Positions 1 to 8,117 of a stretch of 30,427 bases of DNA are shown here, piece by piece. Under the pieces are notes generated by a model that worked only from the letters and a program-made list of their open reading frames with translations, searched no databases and was not told the DNA's origin. The translations under genes and the position numbers were made by a program. Origin of the DNA: a virus (Duplodnaviria; Caudoviricetes); the IMG/VR virus record IMGVR_UViG_3300042945_000250, positions 1 to 30,427 of that record. The stretch is one strand, 5' to 3'. Numbering within the stretch: the stretch's first letter is position 1; every line of letters starts with the position of its first letter.

Positions 1-51
1 ATAAGATACTGTTGGACTAAATTGGTTATCGCACCAACTACAATGTTTCAT
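1..51 (-). CDS. N-terminus of a CxxC (zinc-finger-like) hypothetical protein, truncated by the window edge
   Basis: Manual translation from the ATG at 51 gives MKHCSWCDNQFSPTVSY..., open to the window edge. It overlaps the end of the Cas4-like gene, as other genes in this operon overlap their neighbours. Confidence 0.6.
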   Translation of the reverse strand, partial: MKHCSWCDNQFSPTVSY

Positions 52-856
52 CTTCTAGAGGCTCCAAGGATTTAAGTTTTAACTCTCCTGCGCCTGCCTC
101 TGCACATGCTTTTTGAATTGGACATGATTTACAAATCTTAGAATTAGATCTATAATTTTTTGTAGGTAAGGTTTTATCAACCCACGCCTTACGAACTGCC
201 CTCATCCAATCAAATGCCTGGTCTACCCACCGACGGTAATGATCGTTTACTTCTACAGGAAGAACAAGGAGTTCGTGATTATTTTTATTTTCATAAATTA
301 GAACTCCCTTTGCCTTCTTGAGAATTTTCATATAAATAAGCAACTGGATAACGTGACCAGTCTTTGGCTTTTGCTTTGCTTTGCGATACTCAAAACCCTC
401 ATTCATCATGGTTTTGATTTCTCCAACAATCTCTTCGCCATTCCAGTCAAGCATGGCATCTCCATATCCAAAAATTGGAGGATCGTCGTGTCTAATCTTA
501 AACTCTGTGGTTGGTTGATTTTCATCATCTCTATAAATCTTAGCAATACCAGAGTTCATCATGGCATCTTGAATTCTTGCGTGAGACAAAGTTCCAGCAG
601 TCATATTTGCTGCACCATACGCATCTGTATTATCTTCAAATGTCTGACCTTCAAATGCAAGATACCAATATCTTGGGCACTCTCCATGACCATAAGCAAT
701 TGTAGATGGTGCAAAAGTTTTCTTTTGAGTATGCTTTGGACCTCTATTAATGATATATCCATGCTGGATTTTTTCAATCATCTCGTTCTTGCCGATTGTG
801 TCTACTGCATCTTTTTCTGCTTTAATCATAACGCCTTTTAGTAAATTTTTTGTCAT
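38..856 (-). CDS. Cas4-like / RecB-family PD-(D/E)XK exonuclease (phage solo Cas4)
   Basis: N-terminal PS..(G)ECPRYWY, then GTLSH, GYGD, EIKT and QLLIY motifs, and a C-terminal CxxCxxxxxC (CKSCPIQKAC). This is the 1+3 cysteine Fe-S staple typical of Cas4/AddB nucleases. Confidence 0.85.
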   Translation of the reverse strand: MTKNLLKGVMIKAEKDAVDTIGKNEMIEKIQHGYIINRGPKHTQKKTFAPSTIAYGHGECPRYWYLAFEGQTFEDNTDAYGAANMTAGTLSHARIQDAMMNSGIAKIYRDDENQPTTEFKIRHDDPPIFGYGDAMLDWNGEEIVGEIKTMMNEGFEYRKAKQKPKTGHVIQLLIYMKILKKAKGVLIYENKNNHELLVLPVEVNDHYRRWVDQAFDWMRAVRKAWVDKTLPTKNYRSNSKICKSCPIQKACAEAGAGELKLKSLEPLEDETL

Positions 857-880
857 AGCAATTCCGTTTCTGTTCTATTA

Positions 881-889
881 AGTATACCA
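881..889 (-). promoter_or_regulatory. Extended -10 promoter TGGTATACT upstream of the Cas4-like gene
   Basis: TGnTAnnnT match in the 35-nt intergenic gap. The same motif precedes several other gene starts. Confidence 0.65.
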
Positions 890-891
890 GA

Positions 892-1197
892 TTATCTGGT
901 TATATATTTCAAAGCAGATACAAGATTGTTAATTGACTCTGCAGCCGTATAGTAAATATTCTTCTTTCCCCTATCAGACTTATCAACATTAGCCATCCAG
1001 GTAGCCTTAAACGCCATCTTTGCAGCAATTGCCTGTAGCCTTACAATTTCTACAGTTGCCACATTCAGTGGGATGTCTGGCTTAATAATTATCTTAGCAA
1101 TGAAGGTAAGAGCAGTAGTTAACTCTTCATCATCCATATAGTCAGCGATTTCTGCCAATCCATTTATCATATCTATAGTTGTTTGTTGCTGTTCCAT
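892..1197 (-). CDS. Hypothetical helical protein (101 aa)
   Basis: ORF with a GGAGG RBS and a TAATG stop/start overlap at 1197. No recognisable motif. Confidence 0.8.
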   Translation of the reverse strand: MEQQQTTIDMINGLAEIADYMDDEELTTALTFIAKIIIKPDIPLNVATVEIVRLQAIAAKMAFKATWMANVDKSDRGKKNIYYTAAESINNLVSALKYITR

Positions 1198-1478
1198 TAT
1201 TCCTCCACTAGATCTTCTAATATACTCATCTCAATTATAGCAAGTCTTACCTTTGCGTTACCCTCGCCCATGACCACAACTATGGCTGGATCCTTACCAT
1301 TCTTCATGGCATCTGTGGTAGCCTTTGCCCAAACCTCTTTATTTAATGTAAAGGACTTGCCAACCTCTTTAAAGTCTACGACAAAGTTTTTCCAGGAGGC
1401 ATCTCCCTTTTGTGTATTACGACCAGAGTTCTTGTGCTGCTTAGCACCTATCCTCTTAGACTCACTCTTCTCTGTCAT
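1197..1478 (-). CDS. Holliday junction resolvase-like PD-(D/E)XK nuclease (Hjc-like)
   Basis: Small protein with E..(N)SGR..KGDA..VDFK, matching the Hjc-type E/SG/PD/(D/E)xK pattern, located next to recA. The ATG at 1478 (MTEKSE) is preferred over the track start at 1502. Confidence 0.7.
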   Translation of the reverse strand: MTEKSESKRIGAKQHKNSGRNTQKGDASWKNFVVDFKEVGKSFTLNKEVWAKATTDAMKNGKDPAIVVVMGEGNAKVRLAIIEMSILEDLVEE

Positions 1479-1638
1479 TACCCTTCCACTTCTGCTTTCC
1501 AAATTTAACAGAACTTAAATGCTTATCTTTACACATCCAGGTCATCTCTTTTGTTTCAGCATATAATCTTAAAGTTTTCACTTCTGTCTTGCATGTATGG
1601 CAAACAAACTGTCCTTGATAAACTGTATAACTAGGCAT
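1462..1638 (-). CDS. Small zinc-ribbon protein (58 aa), missing from the ORF track
   Basis: Manual translation: MPSYTVYQGQFVCHTCKTEVKTLRLYAETKEMTWMCKDKHLSSVKFGKQKWKGNDREE*. It has CxxC...CxxxH, fills the recA-resolvase gap, and its start overlaps the recA stop by 8 nt (ATGCCTAG). Confidence 0.75.
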   Translation of the reverse strand: MPSYTVYQGQFVCHTCKTEVKTLRLYAETKEMTWMCKDKHLSSVKFGKQKWKGNDREE

Positions 1639-2641
1639 TTAGTTTAGCCTTGATTGATTCTTGCAACTCAAGATCCTCTCTTACACGGTTTACAAACGCT
1701 TCTTTACCTTGAACCTTTGTGCCATCAGGTAGGATATACCACGCACCTGTTCGTTCTACAATACCATTTAGTTCTGCGGTAGTAACCAAATCACCAATGG
1801 TATCAAGACCAATATCGTCACCTCTAAAATAAAAATCATACTCACCAGATTGGAACCCTGGAGAGGTTTTGGAGAACTGGAGTTCCCACTTAATCGTTCT
1901 GCCAATCTTCTCTTCAATTAATTTATCTCCTACCTTAATCTTGCCCTTAATCGCTTGATTGTCTGACTCTGAAGAAAAGAGTTTAACAATACATGAGGAA
2001 TAAAACTTAGTAGCCTGACCACCAGAAGGCTGCTGGCTAGTATACATAGCATTGATATTGTTACGAGACTGAGAAATAAGAACAAGCAAAGTTGGCTTAA
2101 CTTTATTGTTTGCATAGTTAAGCATTTTCCATGCGTTACTAAAGTCACGGGATTCTGCTCCAATCTGTTTGGTGTTTTCTAATGCCTTCATTTCATCTGT
2201 ATCTTTTTCAAAATAGATAGCAGGAAGCATAGATGTAATAGAGTCTACTACAATTAGGTCAACACCAGCGTTCATAAGACCAACCCCAACATCTACCATA
2301 TCGCTAATAGTTCTTGCTTGTGAGTAGATAAGTTTTTCTGGATCTACACCAAGTTGTCTAGCCCAATCTTCAGAGTATGACATTTCAGAGTCAATCCATG
2401 CACACAACTTACCCTCTGCTTGTGCTAGAGCAATCATTTGAAGGCACATAGAAGACTTTGCAGATGACTTTGAACCCCAGATAAGAACCTGTCTACCATA
2501 TGGAAGTCCACCCCCTAATGCACGATTTAAGCCGTAACTAGGTGTAGGCTGATACTCATAGTTAACACCAACTCCAGTCCCCAACTTCTTTCGCAATTTT
2601 GGATCTAGTTGTGCCATTGCCTCTTCTACTGTTACTGTCAT
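1631..2641 (-). CDS. recA: RecA/UvsX-like recombinase
   Basis: LNRALGGGLPYGR, a Walker A-like GSKSSAKSS, WIDSE, Walker B IVVDSI, LISQSR, SGGQATKFYSS and the C-terminal GAWY..QGKE are all RecA-family motifs. Confidence 0.95.
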   Translation of the reverse strand: MTVTVEEAMAQLDPKLRKKLGTGVGVNYEYQPTPSYGLNRALGGGLPYGRQVLIWGSKSSAKSSMCLQMIALAQAEGKLCAWIDSEMSYSEDWARQLGVDPEKLIYSQARTISDMVDVGVGLMNAGVDLIVVDSITSMLPAIYFEKDTDEMKALENTKQIGAESRDFSNAWKMLNYANNKVKPTLLVLISQSRNNINAMYTSQQPSGGQATKFYSSCIVKLFSSESDNQAIKGKIKVGDKLIEEKIGRTIKWELQFSKTSPGFQSGEYDFYFRGDDIGLDTIGDLVTTAELNGIVERTGAWYILPDGTKVQGKEAFVNRVREDLELQESIKAKLNA

Positions 2642-2964
2642 TAGAATCTTACCCCATGCTTCTCTGGTCTAGTCTGATTGAATTCTGATTTTTCTTTCAA
2701 TACATGATCTAGTGATAATCTAGTATACCCTGCCTCAACAAGTCCTGCATAGAGATCTAGAGTTCTAATAAAAATATCAGCAAACTCCTTTGTAATCTCT
2801 TCTTCACCCTTGTCTTTGCGAATTGCTTCCATTGCCTCAACAACCTCTGATACGATCATCATCATTTGTTTTGCAACAAAGATATCATCTACATCTTCAG
2901 TCTTTGGCCAAAAGCCTTTTTCAACTGCAACCTTATGTAAATCAACTGCTAAACTGTCAAGCAT
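2641..2964 (-). CDS. MazG-like nucleotide pyrophosphohydrolase
   Basis: SEVVEAMEA...KEFADIFIR (ExxE...ExxD), followed by K...N..RP..HG, typical of single-domain all-alpha NTP pyrophosphatases. Confidence 0.85.
   Translation of the reverse strand: MLDSLAVDLHKVAVEKGFWPKTEDVDDIFVAKQMMMIVSEVVEAMEAIRKDKGEEEITKEFADIFIRTLDLYAGLVEAGYTRLSLDHVLKEKSEFNQTRPEKHGVRF
2722..2730 (-). promoter_or_regulatory. Candidate internal promoter GGGTATACT, 80 nt upstream of recA
   Basis: Matches the recurrent GGTATA(A/C)T motif but lies inside the MazG-like CDS. Confidence 0.4.
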
Positions 2965-5900
2965 TTATATCCTCCAATATAACTGTTCCATCTTTAGTCT
3001 TTCCAAAACTAAACTTATAAGACTTTCCTTCTTCTAATTTCATATACGCTTTTGCAAAAGTGGTAGGGAATACTGTAATAGAATGAAGATCTCTAGAAGT
3101 ATCTGCTAGTGTTAAAGATGCCATCTTTTTACCAGCCTTTGTAATTCTTGGTTTAAACGAAATAACAAACATCTCATCATCTGAAAATGGCAACTGCTTG
3201 TAATTTAAAAACTTAACCAATGCATTTGACGAACCATTTATTTCATCAGACGGTATTGCAGATACAATCCTATTATCGTTTGCAAGAATAAGGTAACTAC
3301 GACCAGTCTCAATAGTGGTTGCTTCATCGTCAAATATACCAATACTACCAGTCTTGTCCAAAATCTCAACTCGTGACCATCCTGTTCCTCTTTTAATAGA
3401 TTTTACCATACCAAGTAAAATGTAAGATCCCTTTTCCTCAAACTCCTCTACATCTTGAATAAATGCGTAGTAGTGTGAAGGAACAACTAGATTAAACTCT
3501 GGTAAGTTTAAATACTCGTATAAATTTTCTTTGATCTCATTATCATTTCTTGGATTATCTGTAAAGGTTGCTGCCCCAATAACCCTTAGTGCCTGTAGTG
3601 CACGACTATTTACTCCGTTACCCTTAGTAAAGGTAAACTCTTCTAACTGCTTATAGGATGTAAATGGTCTTCCTGCAATATATTTACTAGCAATATTATC
3701 TGAGATATATTTAATTCCAGTTAACCCAAAACGAATACCCTTACCTTCAATCTTAAAATCTGCATCAGAGTCGTTAATGTGTGGAAGTTTAATTGAGATA
3801 CCCATTCGCTTTGCTTCAATTAGATACTCCGTTCTTCCATCCTTGTCTTTCTCATTCTTAAGAAGTGCAAACATAAACTCTAGAGGGTAGTGATACTTTA
3901 GCCATGCTGTCCAATAGGATAGCGTTGAGTATGCTACAGCGTGAGACTTATTAAATGAATACCCTGCATGTGCCTCGAAGTCATGCCATAGATCACGAGC
4001 AGTATTAGGAGAAACAAAGCGAGAAGCGCCTTCGACAAACTTGTCTTTAAACTGATCAAACTCTTTAGCATCTTTTTTCTTTCCAATGATCTTTCTAACT
4101 TTATCTGCTTCCGACATGGACATACCGCCAAGCGATACGCATGCTTGCATAACTTGTTCCTGGTAAAGAATACAGCCATATGTTTCCTCCGTAAATTCTT
4201 TTAAAACTTTATGTGTATATCCAATATTTTGACGACCATGCTTACGCTCAATGTAGTCTTTTCCAATGGTGTTCATTGCACCTGGACGAACTAGAGCGTT
4301 TGATGCAGCAAGTTCGTTAAAGTTCTTTACGCCCATCTTAACAAGAAGGTTTGTGTATGGTGTTGCTTCACACTGAAACACCCCCTTTGTATAACCACTA
4401 GATAGCATCTCATAAACATTCGCATCTGACATATCAATCTCTAACAGGTTGATATCTTTATAATGATTTGTTTTAATCATATCTACTGTATCCTTAAGAA
4501 CTGAGAGTGTCTTAAGTCCAAGAGCATCGATCTTAATTAGACCAATACGTTCTGCCTCTTCCATATCTACAGCAACTACTGGGATACGTTCATCGCTTCC
4601 AGTGGAAGATCTTGTTTCCATTGGTGCAAAGCGAAAGATTGGGTCCTTAGATGTCACAACTCCTGCTGCGTGAATGCCTGTTCCACGAATACGACCACGA
4701 AGTTGTTCTCCATAAATCTCTACTTCTGGATACTTCTCACGAAACTCACGAGTTGATTTTGATGTGCAGAAATCATCCCACGTATCTACTAACTTCAAAA
4801 CCTTATTAACATCTGTTAATGGAATATTTAATACTCGTGCAACATCTCGAACAACACCCTTATCTTTAAATGAAAGGAAGGTAGCAATAGATGCAACATG
4901 TCTATATTGTCTAACTAGATAATCTTTTACTTCTTCACGACGAGAGTCTTGAATATCTGTATCGATATCAGGAAAGTCATTACGCTCTGGATTAATAAAG
5001 CGGAAGAACAGCAGGCCATGCTTGATTGGATCAATATCTGTGATACTTAGTGCATAACAAAGTAAAGATCCTGCTGCTGATCCACGACCAGGGCCAACCA
5101 TAATGCCTTCCTTCTTGGCCCAAGCAATCATGTTTCTAACTACAAGAAAGTAAGGCGCAAACTTCTTATCCTTAATGACTGAAAGTTCTTCATCTAGTCT
5201 GTCAAGATACTCCTGCTTGTCTACAATTCCTCTTTGAATCAATCCCTCTAAAGCAATTTCTTTTAACTCTTTATCTGGATTCTTGTATTGAACTGGAAGA
5301 AGATTAAGCCCTTCCTGAATTCCATAATCCTCAACCTTTTCAGCAATTGCAATAGTGTTTGAGTATATATCTGGACGATCAATCCCTTGCGCTTCCATTG
5401 CAGACTTCATCTCTTCATAAGAAAGAAGATGAATATCAAACTTATTAAATGTTATTTGACGGTCTTCTCCATACAAATAGTCAAGGCGCTTCATCATGTC
5501 AGGCTGCTTCTTAGACTTTTCAAAAGTATGCTCTTTGTCAATCTTAACGTGTGTGTTTAGTAGAAGTTTAAACTCTTGAATTTCTTTTTGATCTGTTGTG
5601 CTATGGTGGCAGTCAGGTGTTACAACAACCTGAACATTAAATTCGTCAGCCAAAGAAATAAGTTGCTTGTTTATTTCTGCTGGATTATGTGGCATTACCT
5701 CAATGTAGTAGTCGTCATTAAATACTCGCTTAAACCATTCGATATGCTTCTTAGCAATAGCAAACTCATTATTTTCAAGCGCCTTCACTAGAACGCTACT
5801 TGGACAAGCAGAAGTAACAATAATACCCTCTGCATACTTTTCAAGTATTTCAAAGTCAAACCTTGGCTTTTTAAAATAGCCTTCAGTCCATGCAATTTCA

Positions 5901-6229
5901 TTAATCTTATTAAGATTTTCTAAACCAATTTGGTTCTTGGCGAGAAGGACTATATGGTTGTAGACTAGATCTAGATCTCCGTCTCTTTCAGACTTATCTC
6001 TAGTATCAAATCTATCTTGACACATATAGCCTTCTACACCAAGTATAGGCTTAATACCCTTCGCTTTTGCAATACGGTGCAGTTCCCTATGCCCAGATAA
6101 AGTTCCGTGGTCAGTGATGGCAATTGCTGGCATCCCTAACTCAACTGCACGGTCAATGTATTCTTCTGGAGTAGCGACACCATCAAATAATGAATAGTGT
6201 GTATGGACATGTAAGCCTACATAGTTCAT
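2957..6229 (-). CDS. dnaE: DNA polymerase III alpha subunit (C-family, DnaE-like)
   Basis: PHP domain (HVHTHYS..D, TDHG, GVEGY), GPGRGSAAGS, FPDIDTD, GIHAAGVV, KIDALGL, GVFQCE, YQEQVM, YSFNKSHAVAY and a C-terminal OB-fold-like region. At 1090 aa it has no intein. Confidence 0.98.
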   Translation of the reverse strand: MNYVGLHVHTHYSLFDGVATPEEYIDRAVELGMPAIAITDHGTLSGHRELHRIAKAKGIKPILGVEGYMCQDRFDTRDKSERDGDLDLVYNHIVLLAKNQIGLENLNKINEIAWTEGYFKKPRFDFEILEKYAEGIIVTSACPSSVLVKALENNEFAIAKKHIEWFKRVFNDDYYIEVMPHNPAEINKQLISLADEFNVQVVVTPDCHHSTTDQKEIQEFKLLLNTHVKIDKEHTFEKSKKQPDMMKRLDYLYGEDRQITFNKFDIHLLSYEEMKSAMEAQGIDRPDIYSNTIAIAEKVEDYGIQEGLNLLPVQYKNPDKELKEIALEGLIQRGIVDKQEYLDRLDEELSVIKDKKFAPYFLVVRNMIAWAKKEGIMVGPGRGSAAGSLLCYALSITDIDPIKHGLLFFRFINPERNDFPDIDTDIQDSRREEVKDYLVRQYRHVASIATFLSFKDKGVVRDVARVLNIPLTDVNKVLKLVDTWDDFCTSKSTREFREKYPEVEIYGEQLRGRIRGTGIHAAGVVTSKDPIFRFAPMETRSSTGSDERIPVVAVDMEEAERIGLIKIDALGLKTLSVLKDTVDMIKTNHYKDINLLEIDMSDANVYEMLSSGYTKGVFQCEATPYTNLLVKMGVKNFNELAASNALVRPGAMNTIGKDYIERKHGRQNIGYTHKVLKEFTEETYGCILYQEQVMQACVSLGGMSMSEADKVRKIIGKKKDAKEFDQFKDKFVEGASRFVSPNTARDLWHDFEAHAGYSFNKSHAVAYSTLSYWTAWLKYHYPLEFMFALLKNEKDKDGRTEYLIEAKRMGISIKLPHINDSDADFKIEGKGIRFGLTGIKYISDNIASKYIAGRPFTSYKQLEEFTFTKGNGVNSRALQALRVIGAATFTDNPRNDNEIKENLYEYLNLPEFNLVVPSHYYAFIQDVEEFEEKGSYILLGMVKSIKRGTGWSRVEILDKTGSIGIFDDEATTIETGRSYLILANDNRIVSAIPSDEINGSSNALVKFLNYKQLPFSDDEMFVISFKPRITKAGKKMASLTLADTSRDLHSITVFPTTFAKAYMKLEEGKSYKFSFGKTKDGTVILEDINA

Positions 6230-6232
6230 TGA

Positions 6233-6889
6233 TTACCAGTCAGCATTCGTTGACGAAGTGATTGATGGTGAATCAAATCCAAGATAGAACGCTTCTTGTT
6301 CAGCATATGGAACCTTACGCAAAGCAAGTTCTAGAGGGTAAGGCTTAATCTCACCCCAGTTAAAAGGCTCCTTGTCTGGAGCAGATGGAATTAGTGTGTA
6401 ATTTGTTTCAGTTCCCTGACCATTACGCTTCAACTTCCATTGAACGTTTGAGATGCTTCCTGTTTCAAGTGCATACTCACGAATTGTGTTAAATGATGAT
6501 TGCTTGCTGATACCCATTGACCAGATTGCAACATATGGTGCTTCGATACCGTCGTCGACTAGGACGTTGCAATAGAAACGAAGACGTGCTCTCCAGCCAG
6601 CCTTTGGATCCTTGCGGTGCATCTCTTCAGCCCAGTCACGGCCTTCTGTATCCATAGTGTCTACAGCCTTACGCTTATAGTCCTTTGGATTTGTGTGTTC
6701 CTTTACAACAAGTGCAAGTCCACGCTCTTCGTTATAATTTGCAGAGTCTTCATCCAACTCTTCAATGAATCGGATCTTTACTGATTGACCGTCGGCAAGT
6801 TTGAGCCACTTAACCTTTGGTGAGTTTTCGTCATACTTTGGCTTGTCGAGCAGGGCGTTGATTGCTTTTAATCCCTTTACTACGCTCAT
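6233..6889 (-). CDS. Single-stranded DNA-binding protein (phage gp32-like)
   Basis: WLKLADGQSVKIRF, KLKRNGQGTETNYTL and an acidic/aromatic tail (NADW). It lies between primase and polymerase and has a strong AAGGAG RBS. Confidence 0.75.
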   Translation of the reverse strand: MSVVKGLKAINALLDKPKYDENSPKVKWLKLADGQSVKIRFIEELDEDSANYNEERGLALVVKEHTNPKDYKRKAVDTMDTEGRDWAEEMHRKDPKAGWRARLRFYCNVLVDDGIEAPYVAIWSMGISKQSSFNTIREYALETGSISNVQWKLKRNGQGTETNYTLIPSAPDKEPFNWGEIKPYPLELALRKVPYAEQEAFYLGFDSPSITSSTNADW

Positions 6890-6913
6890 ATATTTCTCCT
6901 TTGTGTTGTTATA

Positions 6914-7858
6914 TTAGTTTAGCATAAACGATATAGATTTGTCAAACTGGAACTCAAGTCCCTTGATTGCTTCATCATCCATATCGCCAATGTCTTTATA
7001 TTGTTTTTGTAATTCAATAACAGAAACACGAGATCCAAGTCTTTCAATAAGCCTGTCTTTCATGTTACTGCCTGCAACATCGTTATCTGCAATGACAATG
7101 ATATCATTGAAATACTTTTGAAGCAAGTCTATTTGTGCATTTGAAATTGTTGCACCCAATGTTGCTACAGCAGGAAAGCCAACCTGGTCAAGTCTTATAG
7201 CGTCAAAAGATGACTCTACAACATATACTCTGCTTGATGCCTTTACCCTATTTAGATTAAATAAAGTTTTACTTTTTGGAAGACCTGGAGTATTTTTAAA
7301 TTCTTTACCTTCAATAGACCTTCCAACAAATCCAATTGGCAAACCATCTGGGCTATGAACTGGAATAGTAACCATATCTTGTTTTTCTGAATACCCCAAA
7401 GAAAACTTTGACCAGGAATGTGAGTTAATCTTTCTATACTTAAGATACTCTTTTGCTCTGTCAAGGTTTAGTAAGTTATTATGAAGTCGTTTTAATACCA
7501 ACTCATCGAACAAAGTGAATTCTGGTTTAGCGACTAGTTGCTGGCTAATTTGTCTTTCTAGATCTTGCTCTTGCTCTTTACTCTTAATAAATCTAACAGA
7601 CTCAAAATATGTTCTGCCAGAAGTGTGCATAACAAACTCTACTAAATCTGCAATCTTTCTACATGAAAAACAGAAAAATGTTCCTTTTGTTTTATCTATT
7701 TCACCTGCTGGTGTATGGTGGTTATTATGATAGGGGCAAAAAATTATATAGTCTGAATCTACCTCAGAGGCTACATCTATACCTGTTCCTGCGAGAATTC
7801 GTTTGACTTGCTCTTTTGTATATATATCGCCTTGTTTCCGTCTATTCCTGCTATCCAT
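6914..7858 (-). CDS. dnaG: DNA primase (CHC2 zinc finger + TOPRIM)
   Basis: CPYH...CFSC zinc finger, IPV..GFVGR, TOPRIM motifs VVESSFDA and ADND..G, and KDIGD. Confidence 0.93.
   Translation of the reverse strand: MDSRNRRKQGDIYTKEQVKRILAGTGIDVASEVDSDYIIFCPYHNNHHTPAGEIDKTKGTFFCFSCRKIADLVEFVMHTSGRTYFESVRFIKSKEQEQDLERQISQQLVAKPEFTLFDELVLKRLHNNLLNLDRAKEYLKYRKINSHSWSKFSLGYSEKQDMVTIPVHSPDGLPIGFVGRSIEGKEFKNTPGLPKSKTLFNLNRVKASSRVYVVESSFDAIRLDQVGFPAVATLGATISNAQIDLLQKYFNDIIVIADNDVAGSNMKDRLIERLGSRVSVIELQKQYKDIGDMDDEAIKGLEFQFDKSISFMLN
6916..6924 (-). promoter_or_regulatory. Candidate extended -10 promoter TGCTAAACT for the SSB-dnaE unit
   Basis: TGnTAnnnT match followed by an A/C-rich unstructured leader, AAGGAG and the ATG at 6889. 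Confidence 0.55.
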
Positions 7859-8103
7859 TCGCTTTTCCTTTTCCCTACATATATTCCGTATAGTGTTATT
7901 TCAAATTCAAAATATTTTTTTGTTTCGTTAAAGTCTATAGTAAAATCTGGATCAATTTCAAATTTTGGAACATACCCAGAAAGTCTCATTTCTGAGACTA
8001 GTAGTCTGATGTATTCTCCTTTAAGTCTACCAATAGCAGAGTCATCGTGAATGACCCCGTTGAGGTTAAACTTTTTAATTGGTCTATGATGAAATTTTTC
8101 CAC
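7777..8103 (-). CDS. Hypothetical protein (108 aa) between helicase and primase
   Basis: GTG start 5 nt downstream of a GGTATAAT motif. Its 3' end overlaps the primase gene by 82 nt. Confidence 0.75.
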   Translation of the reverse strand: MEKFHHRPIKKFNLNGVIHDDSAIGRLKGEYIRLLVSEMRLSGYVPKFEIDPDFTIDFNETKKYFEFEITLYGIYVGKRKSEWIAGIDGNKAIYIQKSKSNEFSQEQV

Positions 8104-8108
8104 ATTAT

Positions 8109-8117
8109 ATTATACCG
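8109..8117 (-). promoter_or_regulatory. Promoter CGGTATAAT, leaderless geometry
   Basis: Perfect TATAAT that contains the dnaB stop codon, then 5 nt (ATAAT), then the GTG start. No SD sequence. Confidence 0.6.

Noticed and set aside
38-856. CRISPR-Cas system suggested by the Cas4-like gene
   Set aside because: There is no repeat-spacer array and no other cas gene. The intergenic gaps are too short to hold an array.
1479-1502. ORF-track starts at 1502, 12127 and 18232
   Set aside because: These are upstream non-ATG starts inside neighbouring genes. The ATGs at 1478, 12124 and 18199 fit better, and the latter two form stop/start overlaps.
3333-3341. TGGTATATT inside dnaE (and a similar site near 16326-16334) as promoters
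   Set aside because: They are deep inside CDSs, encode Gly-Ile, are not near gene starts and deviate from the GGTATA(A/C)T core. They are probably chance matches.
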